DNA of 64,000 nt from Octopus vulgaris (lineage: Eukaryota): NCBI GenBank assembly GCA_951406725.2, contig OX597832.1, forward strand, positions 27,094,001-27,158,000. The letters are read 5' to 3'. The notes under the pieces were generated by a model. The model saw only the letters and a program-made list of their open reading frames with translations, was not told where the DNA came from and did not search any database. Numbering within the stretch: the stretch's first letter is position 1; every line of letters begins with the position of its first letter. Below are positions 11,875 to 25,578 of this stretch, piece after piece. Position numbers and translations under genes: made by a program.

Positions 11875-12273
11875 AAGCTGGCAGAATCGTTAGCACACTG
11901 GGCGGTATTTCGTCTGCCGCTAGGTTCTGAATTCAAATTCCACCGAGGTCGAGTTTGCCTTTCATCCTTTCGGGGTCGATAAACTAAGTACCAGTTACGT
12001 ACTGGGGTCGATGTAATCGACTTAATCCATTTGTCTGTACTTGTTTGTCCCCTCTGTGTTTAGCCCCTTGTGGGTAGTAAAGAAATAGGTATTTCGTCTG
12101 CCGCAACGTTCTGAGTTCAAATTCCGCTGAAGTCGACTTTGCCTTTCATCCTTTCGGGGTTGATAAATTAAGTACCAGTTACGTACTGGAGTCGATGTAA
12201 TCGACTTAATCCATTTGTCTGTCTTTGTTTGTCCCCTCTGTGTTTGGCCCCCTGTGGGTAGTAAAGAAATAGG
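11875..12273 (+). mobile_element. SINE family B dimer
   Basis: Head agctggcagaatcgttagc, then two ggtatttcgtctgccg...gggtagtaaagaaata units. Confidence 0.85.
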
Positions 12274-12703
12274 TACTCTCATATGAACGATATTAATTTA
12301 ACAAATGGTTGAGTATACCTTGAGTTATGTACCTTATAGGAAGTTAACTCCCTTGCCAGAAGCCCCACCATCTCCATTAAACTCTTAACAGCGGTACGCG
12401 CACAGACACACATACAGCCATGCTTAGTTTACTAACTCGCTCGACCGTTCCTTCAATATTTACGCAAATATTTTTGTTAAATGATCATTTTATATTTTTG
12501 TTAAGAAATGCAGATATTTACTAAAATCTTCTTTATAATTATTCTCTTACTCATCAGTCGTAAATATTTTAGGGACAAGTTTTCCGCTTACACCGACCAT
12601 CGTATGTCAGTGAAAGAGGCTGTATAAAGTATGGAAGCCTCTACTCGACATATTTGATTCAATCTTCTCGGGTTTTCCAGGAATGCTATTTTAAAAGGAT
12701 ACA

Positions 12704-12955
12704 CTCTTTTACTCTTTTACTTGTTTCAGTCAGTTGACTGTGGCCATGCTGGAGCACCGCCTTTAGTCGAGCAAATCGACCTCAGCACTTATTCTTTATA
12801 AGCCTAGTACTTATTCTATCGGTTCTCTTTTGCCGAACCGCTAAGTTACGTGGACGTAAACACATCAGCATCGGTTGTCAAGCGATGTTGGGGGGGGGGG
12901 ACAAACACACACACACGTATGTACACACACACACGTATGCACACACACACACGCA

Positions 12956-12991
<36 letters not shown>

Positions 12992-13105
12992 CGACGGGCT
13001 TCTTTCAGTTTCCGTCTACCAAATCCATTCACAAGGCTGTGGTCGACCCGAGGCTACAGCAGAAGACACTTGCCCAAGATACCACGCAGTGGGACTGAAC
13101 CCGGA
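12704..13105 (-). mobile_element. SINE family A (extreme 5' end missing)
   Basis: actcttttact tail through cagtgggactgaacccgga. Confidence 0.85.
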
Positions 13106-13656
13106 GTATCTGTATCGTTACTCATTAGTTCTGTCACATTACTGAAGACTGGGTTTTCGGGATCCGCTTGTTCTACATTCCGTGTATTAATATAATTTAC
13201 TCCCTTTTAACATATTACATGTTTTCCTCGTAGCGGGTGCGGTGGTGGTGGTGGTAGAAATAGTTGTGCTGGTGGGTAGGATAATGGTAATGGTGGTGGT
13301 GGTGGTGTTTAGCCCTAGGTCAGTCCTGAGCAACCAGTCCTACGATCAAAAATATTCCAACCATGACAATTGCACACAGTGTATCTTGGATTACACCATT
13401 CGATGTGGTCTTCTTTCTTATTCATGTTTAAACACCAGGTCAGTCCTAAGGAAGAAAACATATTAGAGACGTTCCAACCATGACTACCCTGTCTTTTATT
13501 CAAGCAAAACATGTCAAAGACTCGCTTCGTAATCGCGTGGTTTCGGTTTCAGTTTCACCGTTTGGCTCTCTGGCCAAGTACCTTCTGCTGTATGTAGTCC
13601 CAGGATGATCAATGCCTTTCAGTGAATTTGGTAGACGGAAACTGCAAGGAATCTCA

Positions 13657-13716
<60 letters not shown>

Positions 13717-13963
13717 CGACCCCAGTATTTGACTGGTACTTACTTCATCAACTCCCTAAAGAATGAAAGGTAGAGTCGACCTCGGTGGAATTTGAACTCA
13801 GAACATTATGAGTTAGAAGAAACGCCGCTATGCATTTTGTTTGACGCGCTAACGATTCTGCCAGCTCGCCCCACTGGGTTTGTATTGTTACCGGTTTCGA
13901 ATTTTAGCACAAGACCAGCAAGTTCTGGGGAAGGATAAGTGGATTACATTGACTCCACTACTC

Positions 13964-14373
13964 TCTCTCTCTTTTTTTACTCTTTTACGTGTTTCAGTCA
14001 TTTGACTGTGGCCATGCTGGAGCACCGCCTTTAGTCGAGCAAATCGACCCCAGGACTTATTCTTTGGAAGCCTAGTACATATTCTATCGGTCTCTTTTGC
14101 CGAACCGCTAAGTTACGGGGACGTAAACACACCAGCAACGGTTGTCAAGCGATGTTGGGAGGACAAACATAGACACACAAACATACACAGACACATACAT
14201 ATATATATACGTATATACGACGGGCTTCTTTCAGTTTCCTGCTACGAAATACACTCACAAGGCTTTGGTCGGCCCGAGGCTATAGTAGAAGACACTTGCC
14301 CAAGGTGCCACGCAGTGGGACTGAACCGGGATCCATGTGGTTGGTAAGCAAGCTGCTTACCACACAGCCACTC
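13964..14373 (-). mobile_element. Full-length SINE A inserted into a SINE B copy (13890-14497)
   Basis: SINE B sequence is interrupted at ctactc (13958-13963) and resumes at ctactc (14374-14379). Confidence 0.85.
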
Positions 14374-16142
14374 CTACTCAACTGGTACTTAATTTATCGA
14401 CCCCGAAAAGATGAAAGGCAAAATCGACCTCGGTGGAATTTGAACTCAAAACGAACGAAATTTTTTCCGGCGCGCTAACGTTTCTGCCAGCTCGTCGCAT
14501 AAGAAATGCTGTTTTCATAATTTGGAATACTGGAATGGTCTTCTGTCTACTGCTGCAATTACTGTTTCCTATGAGATTAACAGCGAGAGCCTTCACATTT
14601 TACGTTCTCTTGGTGTTCTACCGAGAGCAGTCATCTGTCCCCATTGCAAAACAATGTAATTCGTTCAAAATACATCAAAAACCACCGGAAAAACAAATTT
14701 CACATTCAAAGTGAGACGAGTAAAGATTTATTTTGGGGTTTAAGTTGTTGTTCTTGAAGCCTTTTCGCGAATGCTTAAAATTTTCTGAGGACATTTGTGT
14801 TGAATGGCCATAATTCGGCTCCATTACAACTCTTTTGGTTACATCCTGTCTGAAACCACTCCCTGGTTCTGTGATATAAGCTTCCTGTTTTTAAAATGAT
14901 TTAAATAAAAATCTTTTGTTGGAATTTTGTTAATTTCTGTTCCAGATACCAGCGTAATAATGACAAGTGTAAAGGGTTAATGTCTGGAAAGAGCCTTTAT
15001 CTTTCAGACAGATTTTTGTTGAAGGCTTCACTGGCTTATAATCAAGTCTCACTTGAACGTAGACTCCATGTTTCGTTTCACCATGTGAATTTCGATCATG
15101 GTGGGGCCAGAACCATCGCTTTGTATTTTCATAAGCTCTGTCTCCCTAACGTTAGCATCCCGCCCAGTTCGCCCAGATATTTCTCCTCATCTCTCTTTAA
15201 TTCACTGTATGTCATGAACATTCTGAGATATCGGACAAATGTAGCCCACAAAGTCTAGATGACGTTACCGTCTGCTCTTGAGTTCACCGAGTTTATAGTT
15301 AGCTATAATTATATTTTCCATAATACAATAGTATCTACAACTGGAACAGTTACATATAGAAGCAATTACAATTGGCTGCCAGCAGATGTGAACGGTTTAA
15401 CATCGACTGGAAAGTTCCATGATTGATAAAGCACTTCAAGTTGATATAAAATTCTCTGAGGCTGATTGCCAACTCAACCCTTTGTCCATCACATGTGTCT
15501 GTTCTACTTAAGCAGGCTTTTACTCACATGAAAGTAGTTTTAGAACACAAAGAAATTTATACAAGAAACCCAGTTATCGTCTGCTTCAGTCAGTTTGAGA
15601 GTCGAGCAAAATGTTTGAAGTTGTTTCGTATTTATAATTGTTTTATGAAGTGTTAGGTTCAATGGCACATAGTCTCTCTCTCTCTCATCTCTTACAAACA
15701 CTCTCCTTCTTTCTCATACACAAGCTCTCTCTCTTTCTCTCTCAAACTTTTCCTCTTTCTCTCGTTCACACACAGACACACACACACGCTCTCTCTATTT
15801 CTCTCTCTCTCTCTCTATCTCTATCCCTCTCATGCATAGTCTCTCTTACTCCCCATAAATTCTTTATCTTTCTCTGACACACATAGACACCACTTCCATT
15901 CTCCTTCATACGCATATACATCTTCTCTTGCACACATACACACACATCCCCCCATCTCACTCTCTAAAACAAACTCCTAATTCTCAGTTCCTTTTGCTGT
16001 TTTCTCTCCCTCGTTTCAGTATTTTATCTGCTGCTACTGTTGCTGGGATGTCCTGTCTTCCTTTAAGAAGGAAGTCTCGTATAGTCTCTCTCTCATTCTT
16101 GCTTTACGGTAGTGTTAATTTGGGATTTTGTTGTATCTTAGG

Positions 16143-16206
<64 letters not shown>

Positions 16207-16208
<2 letters not shown>

Positions 16209-16933
16209 GCAAAATGGGACCAGAGCGCAAGACATCCAGACAGTTAGGTGATACAAAAAAGGGACAACAAAACATCCAGATAGACGATACAAAGAAAACA
16301 AGGACGTGTCATTCGGAGTTTTCTTTCCTCAGTCGTGTTCCAGATTATCTTTGCAATTTCGGCTGGTTATACTCGAGATTGCTCCAATCTGGCCAGCCCT
16401 AAGGAAAAACTAAGCTAAGCGCATTAGATTCCTTGGAAGAAAGCAGCGAATGTATACGAAAACAAGGAGCAAAAAAAAAAAACGGAGAATGTTACACAAA
16501 TACAATAAAAATAATAATTCTAACAGGACATAACAACAGGCGTCTTTCGACTAAGGACGAATTGAATTAAGCTGGCGTGTGTGGAAATAAAGCCTTACGG
16601 TCGGGAAACAAGAGTTCACAGGCACAGAGAGGAATATTGATGTTGCACGGACGACGGCCGAACCGAGAAAGAAAGATCAGGCTTGGCCGAACACCGGTCA
16701 CATGGGGAGAGAAGAGAGAGAGAGGCGGAGGGACAGAAGAATTAAGGAGGGGCGAGAAATATATATATATATATTATATTAAATTAGAGATAAAATCACT
16801 ATTAGGCAAATCATACAATGAAAAACTTAAGCCAATCTCTAATTTAATATAATATAATATTTTACTATAAAATTGGATTCAATCCTAAATCTGGTTTTTT
16901 CCCTGTAAGTTTGGATTTATTCCCTAATATTTT

Positions 16934-16935
<2 letters not shown>
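16207..16935. mobile_element. (TA)n-embedded repeat fragments, probably Penelope-like terminal regions
   Basis: Non-simple blocks bounded by (TA)n. 16780-16930 shares aaatta.aga.aaaa.cactatta.gcaa and gggaataaatccaaacttac strings with 29458-29580. Confidence 0.45.
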
Positions 16936-17008
<73 letters not shown>

Positions 17009-17327
17009 GTGTGTGTGTGTGTATACATGCAAAAGGTATATCTATGCAAGAATGTATGGCCAAGTGGTTAAGGCGTTGAACTCGCGATCACGACGTCGTG
17101 GTTTCAATCCTGGAATGGAGGGATATTCAGCTGATGTTTATTGGATGGAGAGAGTGAGCTAACGGATAGCACATACATTCGACCACTCGAAACAAATCAT
17201 TTGTACAGCTTGTTCTGCAAGGAATCGCAGAATCGTCTTTCTCGGAATACGAAAGACCATCATCATCATCATCATCATATATGTATAATATATATATATA
17301 TATAGTTTTTGTGTGTATATATACATA

Positions 17328-17543
17328 CAGTAATCCCTCGCCATATCGCGGTTCACTTATCGCGGTTTATTATTTAAGATTACGTCGATTCCTCCGTGGT
17401 GTTGCTTTGCATTTATAATAAAATAAATATATAAAAATATTTCAAAAAGAATATACAGTACAATACTATTTCTACTTCGCGGATTTTCCATCTATCGCGG
17501 GGGTTTTTGGAACGTCACACCCGCGATAGTCGAGGGATTACTG
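17328..17543. mobile_element. pogo/Tigger-like MITE (216 bp)
   Basis: TIRs cagtaatccctcg / cgagggattactg, TA on the left (CA on the right), internal atcgcgg repeats. Confidence 0.8.
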
Positions 17544-17632
17544 CATATCTATACACACACGGTGTTACCCGTCATATAAGATGGCGGATAACTCTGGAAG
17601 AATATTTTTGCCACCATTGATATTATAAAAGA

Positions 17633-17994
17633 CGACGAGGGTTCCGGTTGATCCGAATCAACGGAACAGCCTGCTCGTGAAATTAACGTGTAAGTGGCTG
17701 AGCACTCCACAGACACGTGTACCCTTAACGTAGTTCTCGGGGAGATTCAGCGTGACACAGAGAGTGACAAGGCTGGCCCTTTGAAATACAGGTACAACAG
17801 AAACAGGAAGTAAGAGTGAGAGAAAGTTGTGGTGAAAGAGTACAGCAGGGATCACCACCATCCCCTGCCGGAGCCTCGTGGAGCTTTAGGTGTTTTCGCT
17901 CAATAAACACTCACAACGCCTAGTCTGGGAATCGAAACCGCGATCCTATGACCGCGAGTCCGCTGCCCTAACCACTGGGCCATTGCGCCTCCAC
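17633..17994 (-). mobile_element. SINE family C with 10-bp TSD
   Basis: ttataaaaga at 17623-17632 and 17995-18004. Near-identical to the 26991 copy. Confidence 0.9.
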
Positions 17995-18216
17995 TTATAA
18001 AAGAAATATGGCATTACATACAATAATTATACTTTGAATTTTATCAAATTTCTTGCTGCTGATACAAAATGATGAAATGAATATTATTCTCCAAAAGAAA
18101 ACTATTTATTCTCTGAATATTAAACAAATTAAACAAGTTTCTCATTTCTATAACTCCACCCTTAGCTATTCTTTTATTTCCTCCTTCTGTCTTTATAATT
18201 CTTTCTCTCTCACCTT

Positions 18217-18265
<49 letters not shown>

Positions 18266-18436
18266 GAGGGGTTTGAAGAAAGTTCCTTTACTTATTGCCT
18301 GCCACCAGGCCTAGTATCTGTATTCGCCCTGCATCTATTATGTTATGTCTTTTTTGTTTCTTACTGTTACTCTTTCTCCATCTTTCTTTCTACGAGATCA
18401 AGCGTAACCTAAGAAGTCAACCAGCATTCGTAACGG

Positions 18437-18532
<96 letters not shown>

Positions 18533-18554
18533 ATATATATATATATATATTTAT

Positions 18555-18615
<61 letters not shown>

Positions 18616-18655
18616 CATATATAATCAAAATAAGCAACATGGATATCCAGAGGTA

Positions 18656-18744
18656 ATGCAGTACGATCGTTTCATGCAGCTCCATTTAATTGAACAATGT
18701 AATCATTACATCAATTTATAATGTAGAGTAATCTTCAGCTGCAT
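18656..18744 (-). ncRNA. Minimal type-I hammerhead ribozyme motif (PLE-type)
   Basis: atgcag-CTGAAGA-[long imperfect stem II]-GAAAC-GATC-GTA-ctgcat: 6-bp stem I, canonical core, palindromic loop III. Confidence 0.7.
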
Positions 18745-18863
18745 AAAGACATAGAATTTTATTAAATTAGAACAGATGGGCACATTAGTATAATTATACC
18801 TAAAATCTCCAAGAAGTTAAAGGAGATTGACAAAGAACATGTTGTATCTACAACAGCATAGCC

Positions 18864-18907
<44 letters not shown>

Positions 18908-19822
18908 GTGCGTGTGTGTGCGTTTGTGTGTGTGTGCGTGTGTGTACAATGGGCTTATTTCAGTTTCGTCTACTAAATCTACCCACAAGGCTTTGGTTGG
19001 CCTGGGGTTACAGTAGATGCTTGAGTAAGGTGCGACACAGTGGGACTGAACCCGGAATCACGTGGGTGGGAAGTAAACCTCTTACTCCATAGCCACTCCT
19101 ATATACACCTGGTCGCGCGCGAGCGAGTGTAAAGACATCAAACATTAAAAAGGACGATCCAGGAAGAGCAAAGTTTGACAAATATGGCATTAGTTTAACG
19201 CTTCGATGAATTTCTTAATTCTGTTGCCTTTCCCTCTTCAGATTCTTCAACCTAGGAATCTATCCCTATTTCCCTAGTAATCTCGGAGGCTCAGTAATGG
19301 GGTCTCTCTTTTCCTTCTCTCAGCTAAGGTAAAAAAAAAAAGGAAGAAAACTTGACGTTAATTCCATTCGAACGTAAGATTTCTTAAGCTAGTAGTCTAG
19401 TACTATAGCAACTCAGCCAGTCGTCGCGCTTCTTTTCCAAGGTATTGACTCCCCTTAATGTTGATAATTTAAGTAATTAATTCTCTCGTTAGTGGTTGGT
19501 GAAAGAAAGGTAAAAAAGGAATTAAAAATATTGTCAGGAATGTTGTTGCAGAAGGTGGAAAGGAGGAATGGAGAAAGTGTCTTAGGAAGGAAGGCTTAGT
19601 TGAAGTATTTCAGTACACGATTTGATGTACGAGGAAAAGGGCATACACCGCAAGAAAGAGGAATGGATGTCGTCTGTTGATGGTGTAGTTATTGTCTGTG
19701 ATGGTAATGGAATTGTTAGTGTTGTTATATACTGTTGAATTACTAGGAATATTATATTCAAACGAATTATCAGAGCGGCGATGGTGTAGAATCAAATTGC
19801 AGAAATACTCTTGTAAACTTAC

Positions 19823-19995
19823 TCTTCTACTCAACGTTAAGTGTTGAGATTTCTTAAATACTACACGAATTCTTGATTTCGTTTTTCGATGATTGTTTGT
19901 TTTTTCTGGACAGAAAAGAAAGGTAAAAATACTAAAGAAATCGGAGAAGATAGCAAAACTATTTTTGTGAAGAGGCCGCCATTTTGCGATCGTCT
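19823..19995 (-). promoter_or_regulatory. Candidate TSS region / non-coding first exon with YY1-type motif, possibly of NDUFA11
   Basis: AAAATGGCGGC (19975-19985, - strand) in unique sequence, followed by consensus donor aga|gtaagt at 19823/19822. A plausible acceptor (taactaa...cttttcatag|) lies at 11793, upstream of the NDUFA11 ATG. Confidence 0.35.
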
Positions 19996-20612
19996 GCCAC
20001 CAACCAATTTTTTTTTCTACTTATCTTTCATTATCTATTTCATTTCTACTTCTTCTAATACAGTGTGGCTGCTTTCTTGTTGTTTTTGGTTTGCTTACTG
20101 CTTTCGCTGTTGTTATTATTATTATTGCTATCTTTCTTTGTTCTTCGCTGCTTTATTCCTTTCTGTTAACGCATATTTATCTTTCTCATTAACACCTCTC
20201 GCTTTACCACCAATCCTTCTGTCTATCTATTTATTTATTTGTACGTCTGTCTGTCTGTTTGCTTTCCTTTTCTATCTCTTTTTCCTTATTAATTGAACTG
20301 CCTCACTCCTATCTTTCTTCTATCTTCTCTCTTTTCCCTCTTCTCTCTCTCTTCCACCCGGTAAACAACGAACTCTCACAAACTAATTCTTCGACAACAC
20401 GGTATTGTAGAAATGGATCTAATTCCACCCTCATAAGCCACCCTGATTACAGGTTTGTATAGCAGGGGGTAGAGGTGGTGGCTGGATGGTGTGCAACGGT
20501 GGCAGAATATAACGGTAGTGGTGTTATTGGTGTATAGAGTAGTGTACAGCAGTGGTAGTAATACACTAGTGGCGTAGTGGTTTGTGTAGTAGTAGTAGTA
20601 GTAGCACTGCTG

Positions 20613-20657
<45 letters not shown>

Positions 20658-20952
20658 TGGTCTTAGTCATGGACTTAATGCAATGGACTGTACCATACTG
20701 TGGTACCTACGTACGGTTAGGTGGACTATACCACATTGTGGTACCTATTTATAGATTGATGAACTCTTCCCTATATAAAGCTACACAGACTGGACCGTTT
20801 CGTCTGTTCGTTATAGATATATTAGGCATTTTTTTAGGCATAGTGTATCTGGGACTATATTGTTCAATATTGTGATTTAAAAAGATTTTGGTTGCTATTT
20901 CTGGTAGGTCGAGCCAGTTTTGAAGAGCTCTCCTTGAATCGTGTGTGCGTGC

Positions 20953-20989
<37 letters not shown>

Positions 20990-21005
20990 TGTGTGTTTGT
21001 GTGTT

Positions 21006-21064
<59 letters not shown>

Positions 21065-21424
21065 TTGTGTGTGTGTATGCACGTGTTGTAATACCAATGT
21101 CGCTACAATGCTGACATTTTCATGATCATGCTGCGACTCACAGACATTTAGAAAACACAGATACCAAAGACTTGTCACGAAGATATCCTAGTTCTTCACT
21201 CACAACAAATATCTCAGATAATTCTTCAGATGATGGCAATACTTTACCATAATAAGAGATTCACCAATCTAACAAATATATTACAGCAGTCTACCTAGCT
21301 GTAAGTAGGCACCACAGTGCGGTAGAGTTCATTGTACTGTGTCTGTGACCAAGAAATGTCAACAGTCCAGTCCAAGTATATGTAAGCAGGTACCGCAGTG
21401 TTCGTTAACTTTTTAAAAATGTCT

Positions 21425-22178
21425 TATTTCTTTATTGCTCACAAGGGGCTAAACATAGAGGGGACAAACAAAGGCAGACTAGGTATTAAGTCAATTATAT
21501 CGACCCCAGTGCGTAGCTGGTACTTAATTTATCGACCCTGAAAGGATGAAAGGCAAAGTCGACCTCGGCGGAATTTGAACTCAGAACATAACGACAGACA
21601 AAATACCTATTTCTTAACTACCCACAATGGGCTAAGCACAGAGAGGACAAACATGGACAGACAAACGGATTAAGTCGATTATATCGACCCCGAAAGGATG
21701 AAAGGCAAAGTCGACCTCGGCGGAATTTGAACTCAGAACGTAACGGCAGACAAAATACTATTTCTATTTCTTTACTACCCACAAGGGGCTAAACAGAGAG
21801 AGAACAAACAAGGACAGACAAACGGATTAAGTCGATTATATCGACCCCAATGCGTAACTGGTACTTATTTAATCGACCCCGAAAGGATGAAAGGCAAAGT
21901 TGACCTCAGTGGAATTTGAACTCAGAACGTAACGGCAGACGAAATACCTATTTCTTTACTACCCACATGGGGCTAAACACAGAAGGGACAAACAATAACA
22001 GACAAACGGACTAAGTCGATTACATCGACCCCAGTGCGCAACTGGTACTTAATTTATCGACCCCGAAAGGATGAAAAGCAAAGTCGACCTCGGCGGAATT
22101 TGAACTCAGAACGTAGCGACAACGAAATACTGCTAAGCATTTCGCCCGGCGCGCTAACGTTTCTGCCAGCTCGCCGCC
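21425..22178 (-). mobile_element. SINE family B tandem array (about 4 units)
   Basis: Four repeats of tatttctttactacccacaagggg...gaactcagaacgtaacggcagac, single head at 22130-22178. Confidence 0.9.
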
Positions 22179-22622
22179 TTTTATTTCTTAAAATTTCTAT
22201 CAGCACCACAGAAAAGAAAATAGATATCTGTGGGATTTGAACTCAGAACGAAGATAGGCATGAGTAAGTACAAGAAAAACTTTTATCCAGTGCTCTGGAT
22301 ATTTCAGTCAACCAATGTAATCTATGAATTTACTAACGACCACGACAGCTGCCAACATCATGTAACTAATTGTTATATTGTTTATAAACAGGTATTTTAG
22401 CATCTCGCCAGCAAGCGTAACTGACGAGAGCGTGGCATCGGTGATAGTGAGTGATTATAATATCGTAGTTATCTTATAAATTGAATACCTAGTCAACCCA
22501 ATCTGATTGTTTATTATTAACACTTAGCCTTATCTCGCTTCTTTTTTTTCTTCTTAATATATTTCTTTTTTTCATTTTTTGGTTTTGCATTTTAGTTTTT
22601 ATTAGTCGAGAAAATATGCCTG

Positions 22623-22698
<76 letters not shown>

Positions 22699-22844
22699 CA
22701 AAGTGGAGTTGTGGAGTACCGCACGAGTGGAATTATATACGAAAGAAGGTTTGAAAATGCAATTTAAAAGATGTTTATTTACTTTACCGGTTTCACTCTT
22801 TGGAAAAAAGATTGTCAAAAGTAACATGTAGAAGTTTGGTTGCG

Positions 22845-22927
<83 letters not shown>

Positions 22928-23006
22928 CGAAGTCTCACTCATCTAGTGTATATGTGCATACATGAACGAATACACACACATACACCCGCGGGTGCACATA
23001 TATATA

Positions 23007-23226
23007 CTCTTTTACTCTTTTACTTGTTTCAGTCATTTGAATGCGGCCATGCTGGAGCACCGCCTTTAGTCGAGCAAATCGACCCCAGGACTTATTCTTC
23101 GTAAGCCTAGTACTTATTCTATCGGTGTCTTTTGCCGAACCGCTAAGTTACGGGGACATAAACACACCAGCATCGGTTGCCAAGCGATGTTAGGAGGACA
23201 AACACAGATACACACACACACACACA

Positions 23227-23259
<33 letters not shown>

Positions 23260-23415
23260 TACGATAGGCTTCTTTCAGTTTCTGTCTACCAAATCCACTC
23301 ACAAGGCTTTGGTCGCCCGAGGCTATAGTAGAAGACACTTGCCCAAGGTGCCACGCAGTGGGACTGAACCCGGAACCATGTGGTTAGTAAGCAAGCTACT
23401 TACCACACAGCTACT
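23007..23415 (-). mobile_element. SINE family A, full length
   Basis: Tail (actctttt)n through head cttaccacacagc. Confidence 0.9.
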
Positions 23416-23708
23416 CTGCCCTAAACATAGAACCATCTCTTGCTATTTGGCTCTCTTGCCGGTTCCCTTCACAGATACAACAATCCCAGAACTGAGCGGA
23501 CCTCAGAAAAGTGGTGACTAAGGGGTAACTCCCACACTTTCCCCAAATTCACGAACTCCCAAGCTGGAGCACCACCATTGTTTATTGTTTAACGATGTGC
23601 TCAAAACACGAATAACACACTATTCATACATAAAAAATAAAATAATGCGGGTGGAACGTCTCTTGGGTGTGAAAGAGAAAGGTGGGGGTTATTTTGGTAA
23701 ACCCCAAG

Positions 23709-24480
23709 GCAGCGAGCTAGCAGAATCGTTAGCACGCCGAAAAAAATGCTTAGTGGCATTTCGTCCGCCGCTGCGTTCTGAGTTCAAATTCCACCGAGGT
23801 CGACTTTGCCTTTCATCCTTTCGGGGTCGATTAAATAAGTACCAGTTACACACGGGGGTCGATATAATCGACGTAATCCATTTGTCTGTCCTTGTTTGTC
23901 CCCTCTGTGTTTAGCCACTTTTGGGTAGTATTGAAATAGGTATTTCGTCTGCCGTTACGTTCTGAGTTCAAATTCCTCCGAGGTCGACTTTGCCTTTCAT
24001 CATTTCGGGGTCGATAAATTAAGCACCAGTTACGCACTGGGGTCGATGTTATCGACTTAATCGGTTCGTCTGTCCTTGTTTGTCCCTTCTGTGTTTAGCC
24101 CCTTGTGGGTAGTAAAGAAATAGGTATTTCGTCTACCGTTACGTTCTTAGTTCAAATTCCGCCGAGGTCAACGTTGCCTTTCATCCTTTCGGGGTCGATT
24201 AAATAAGTACCAGTTACGCACTGGGGGGCAATGTTATCGACTTAATCTGTTCGTCTGCCCTTGCTTGTCCCCTCTGTGTTTAGCCCCTTGTGGGTAGTAT
24301 AGCAATAGGTATTTTGTCCGTCTTTAAGTTCTGAGTCTAAATTCCACCGAGGTCGACTTTGACTTTCATCGTTTCGGAGTTTATAAAATAAACACCAGTT
24401 ATACACTGGGGTCGATGTAATCGACTCACCCCCTTCCACCCCCTGAAATTCCAGACCTTGTACCTTCTAATAGACAGGAT
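23709..24480 (+). mobile_element. SINE family B tandem array (4 units, 184-bp period)
   Basis: tatttcgtc at 23941 and 24125; single head ggcagcgagctagcagaatcgttagc. Confidence 0.9.
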
Positions 24481-24896
24481 TATTTTGGCATTCTTTTTTA
24501 AAGAAAACGAGCTGTCTCCATAAAGTTCTTAAGGCCCTTCTACGCCCTTAAACCTTTCTTGATCCGACAATAAACATCTGGGAGTTGGTTAATGCGATTA
24601 ACGTTTAATCTGAACTCTTGAAGGTCAGTTGTTTTTCAAGAGTGTGGTGGAAGTAGTGGTAGGTGGGTAGGGGTGGGGACTACCGTAGATAGATGGAGTG
24701 GAGTGGTGAGTACTGGGGTGGGGGATGGGGTGGATGGGAGGAGGAGGAAGAGGAGAAGGAGGAATTACTGTTTGTGAACGAAGTGGTGTTTAATGCAAAG
24801 TTTTGGCAGCGATGAAGAAAACCATTTCTTGCTTAAATTCGACAGAGAATTATCTCTTTGATTGATAAGTAGGTCTGCTACAAGACGATTAAGAAC

Positions 24897-24946
<50 letters not shown>

Positions 24947-25161
24947 CACGCACGCGCGCGTACACACACACACATTCGAGCATTTGTTCATGAATGTAAA
25001 CAGAAGCTCATACACAAGTTCAAAGACATACACTATATCACGCGCGCACACGCACACATATACGCACATGTGCGCTTGTTCACACATACACACAAAAGCA
25101 CATACACTATATCCCACTAACGCACACACACACACACATTTATGCACATACATTTAAACCG

Positions 25162-25196
<35 letters not shown>

Positions 25197-25287
25197 GTGG
25201 ACACTACAGACTTCAACATTTGTGTGTAGAGTATTTATTTTAATGTTGTCAAACGTAAAACCGCAGCACACATCCTATGTGTATGCA

Positions 25288-25394
25288 TCTATCTATCTAT
25301 CTATCTATCTATCCACCTATCTATCTATCTATCTATCTATCTATCCATCCATCCATCCATCCATCCATCCATCCATCCATCCATCCATCCATCC

Positions 25395-25438
<44 letters not shown>

Positions 25439-25473
25439 CCTACCTACCTACCTACCTACCTACCTACCCATCC

Positions 25474-25510
<37 letters not shown>

Positions 25511-25578
25511 CCTACCCATCCATCCATCCATCCATCTATCCATCTCTCTCTCTATATATATCTATCTCTCTATCTATC
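25288..25578. repeat. (TCTA/TCCA/CCTA)n microsatellite
   Basis: Direct inspection. Confidence 0.95.

Noticed and set aside
13886-13900. GAAAC-CG-GTA half-hammerhead on the - strand (also about 40892)
   Set aside because: No matching CUGAnGA or stems; both are variants of SINE tail sequence.
19900-19928. Apparent 9-nt microexon (cag|AAAAGAAAG|gtaaaa), and a 5-nt one near 19323
   Set aside because: No + strand gene to host it and weak donors; likely chance.
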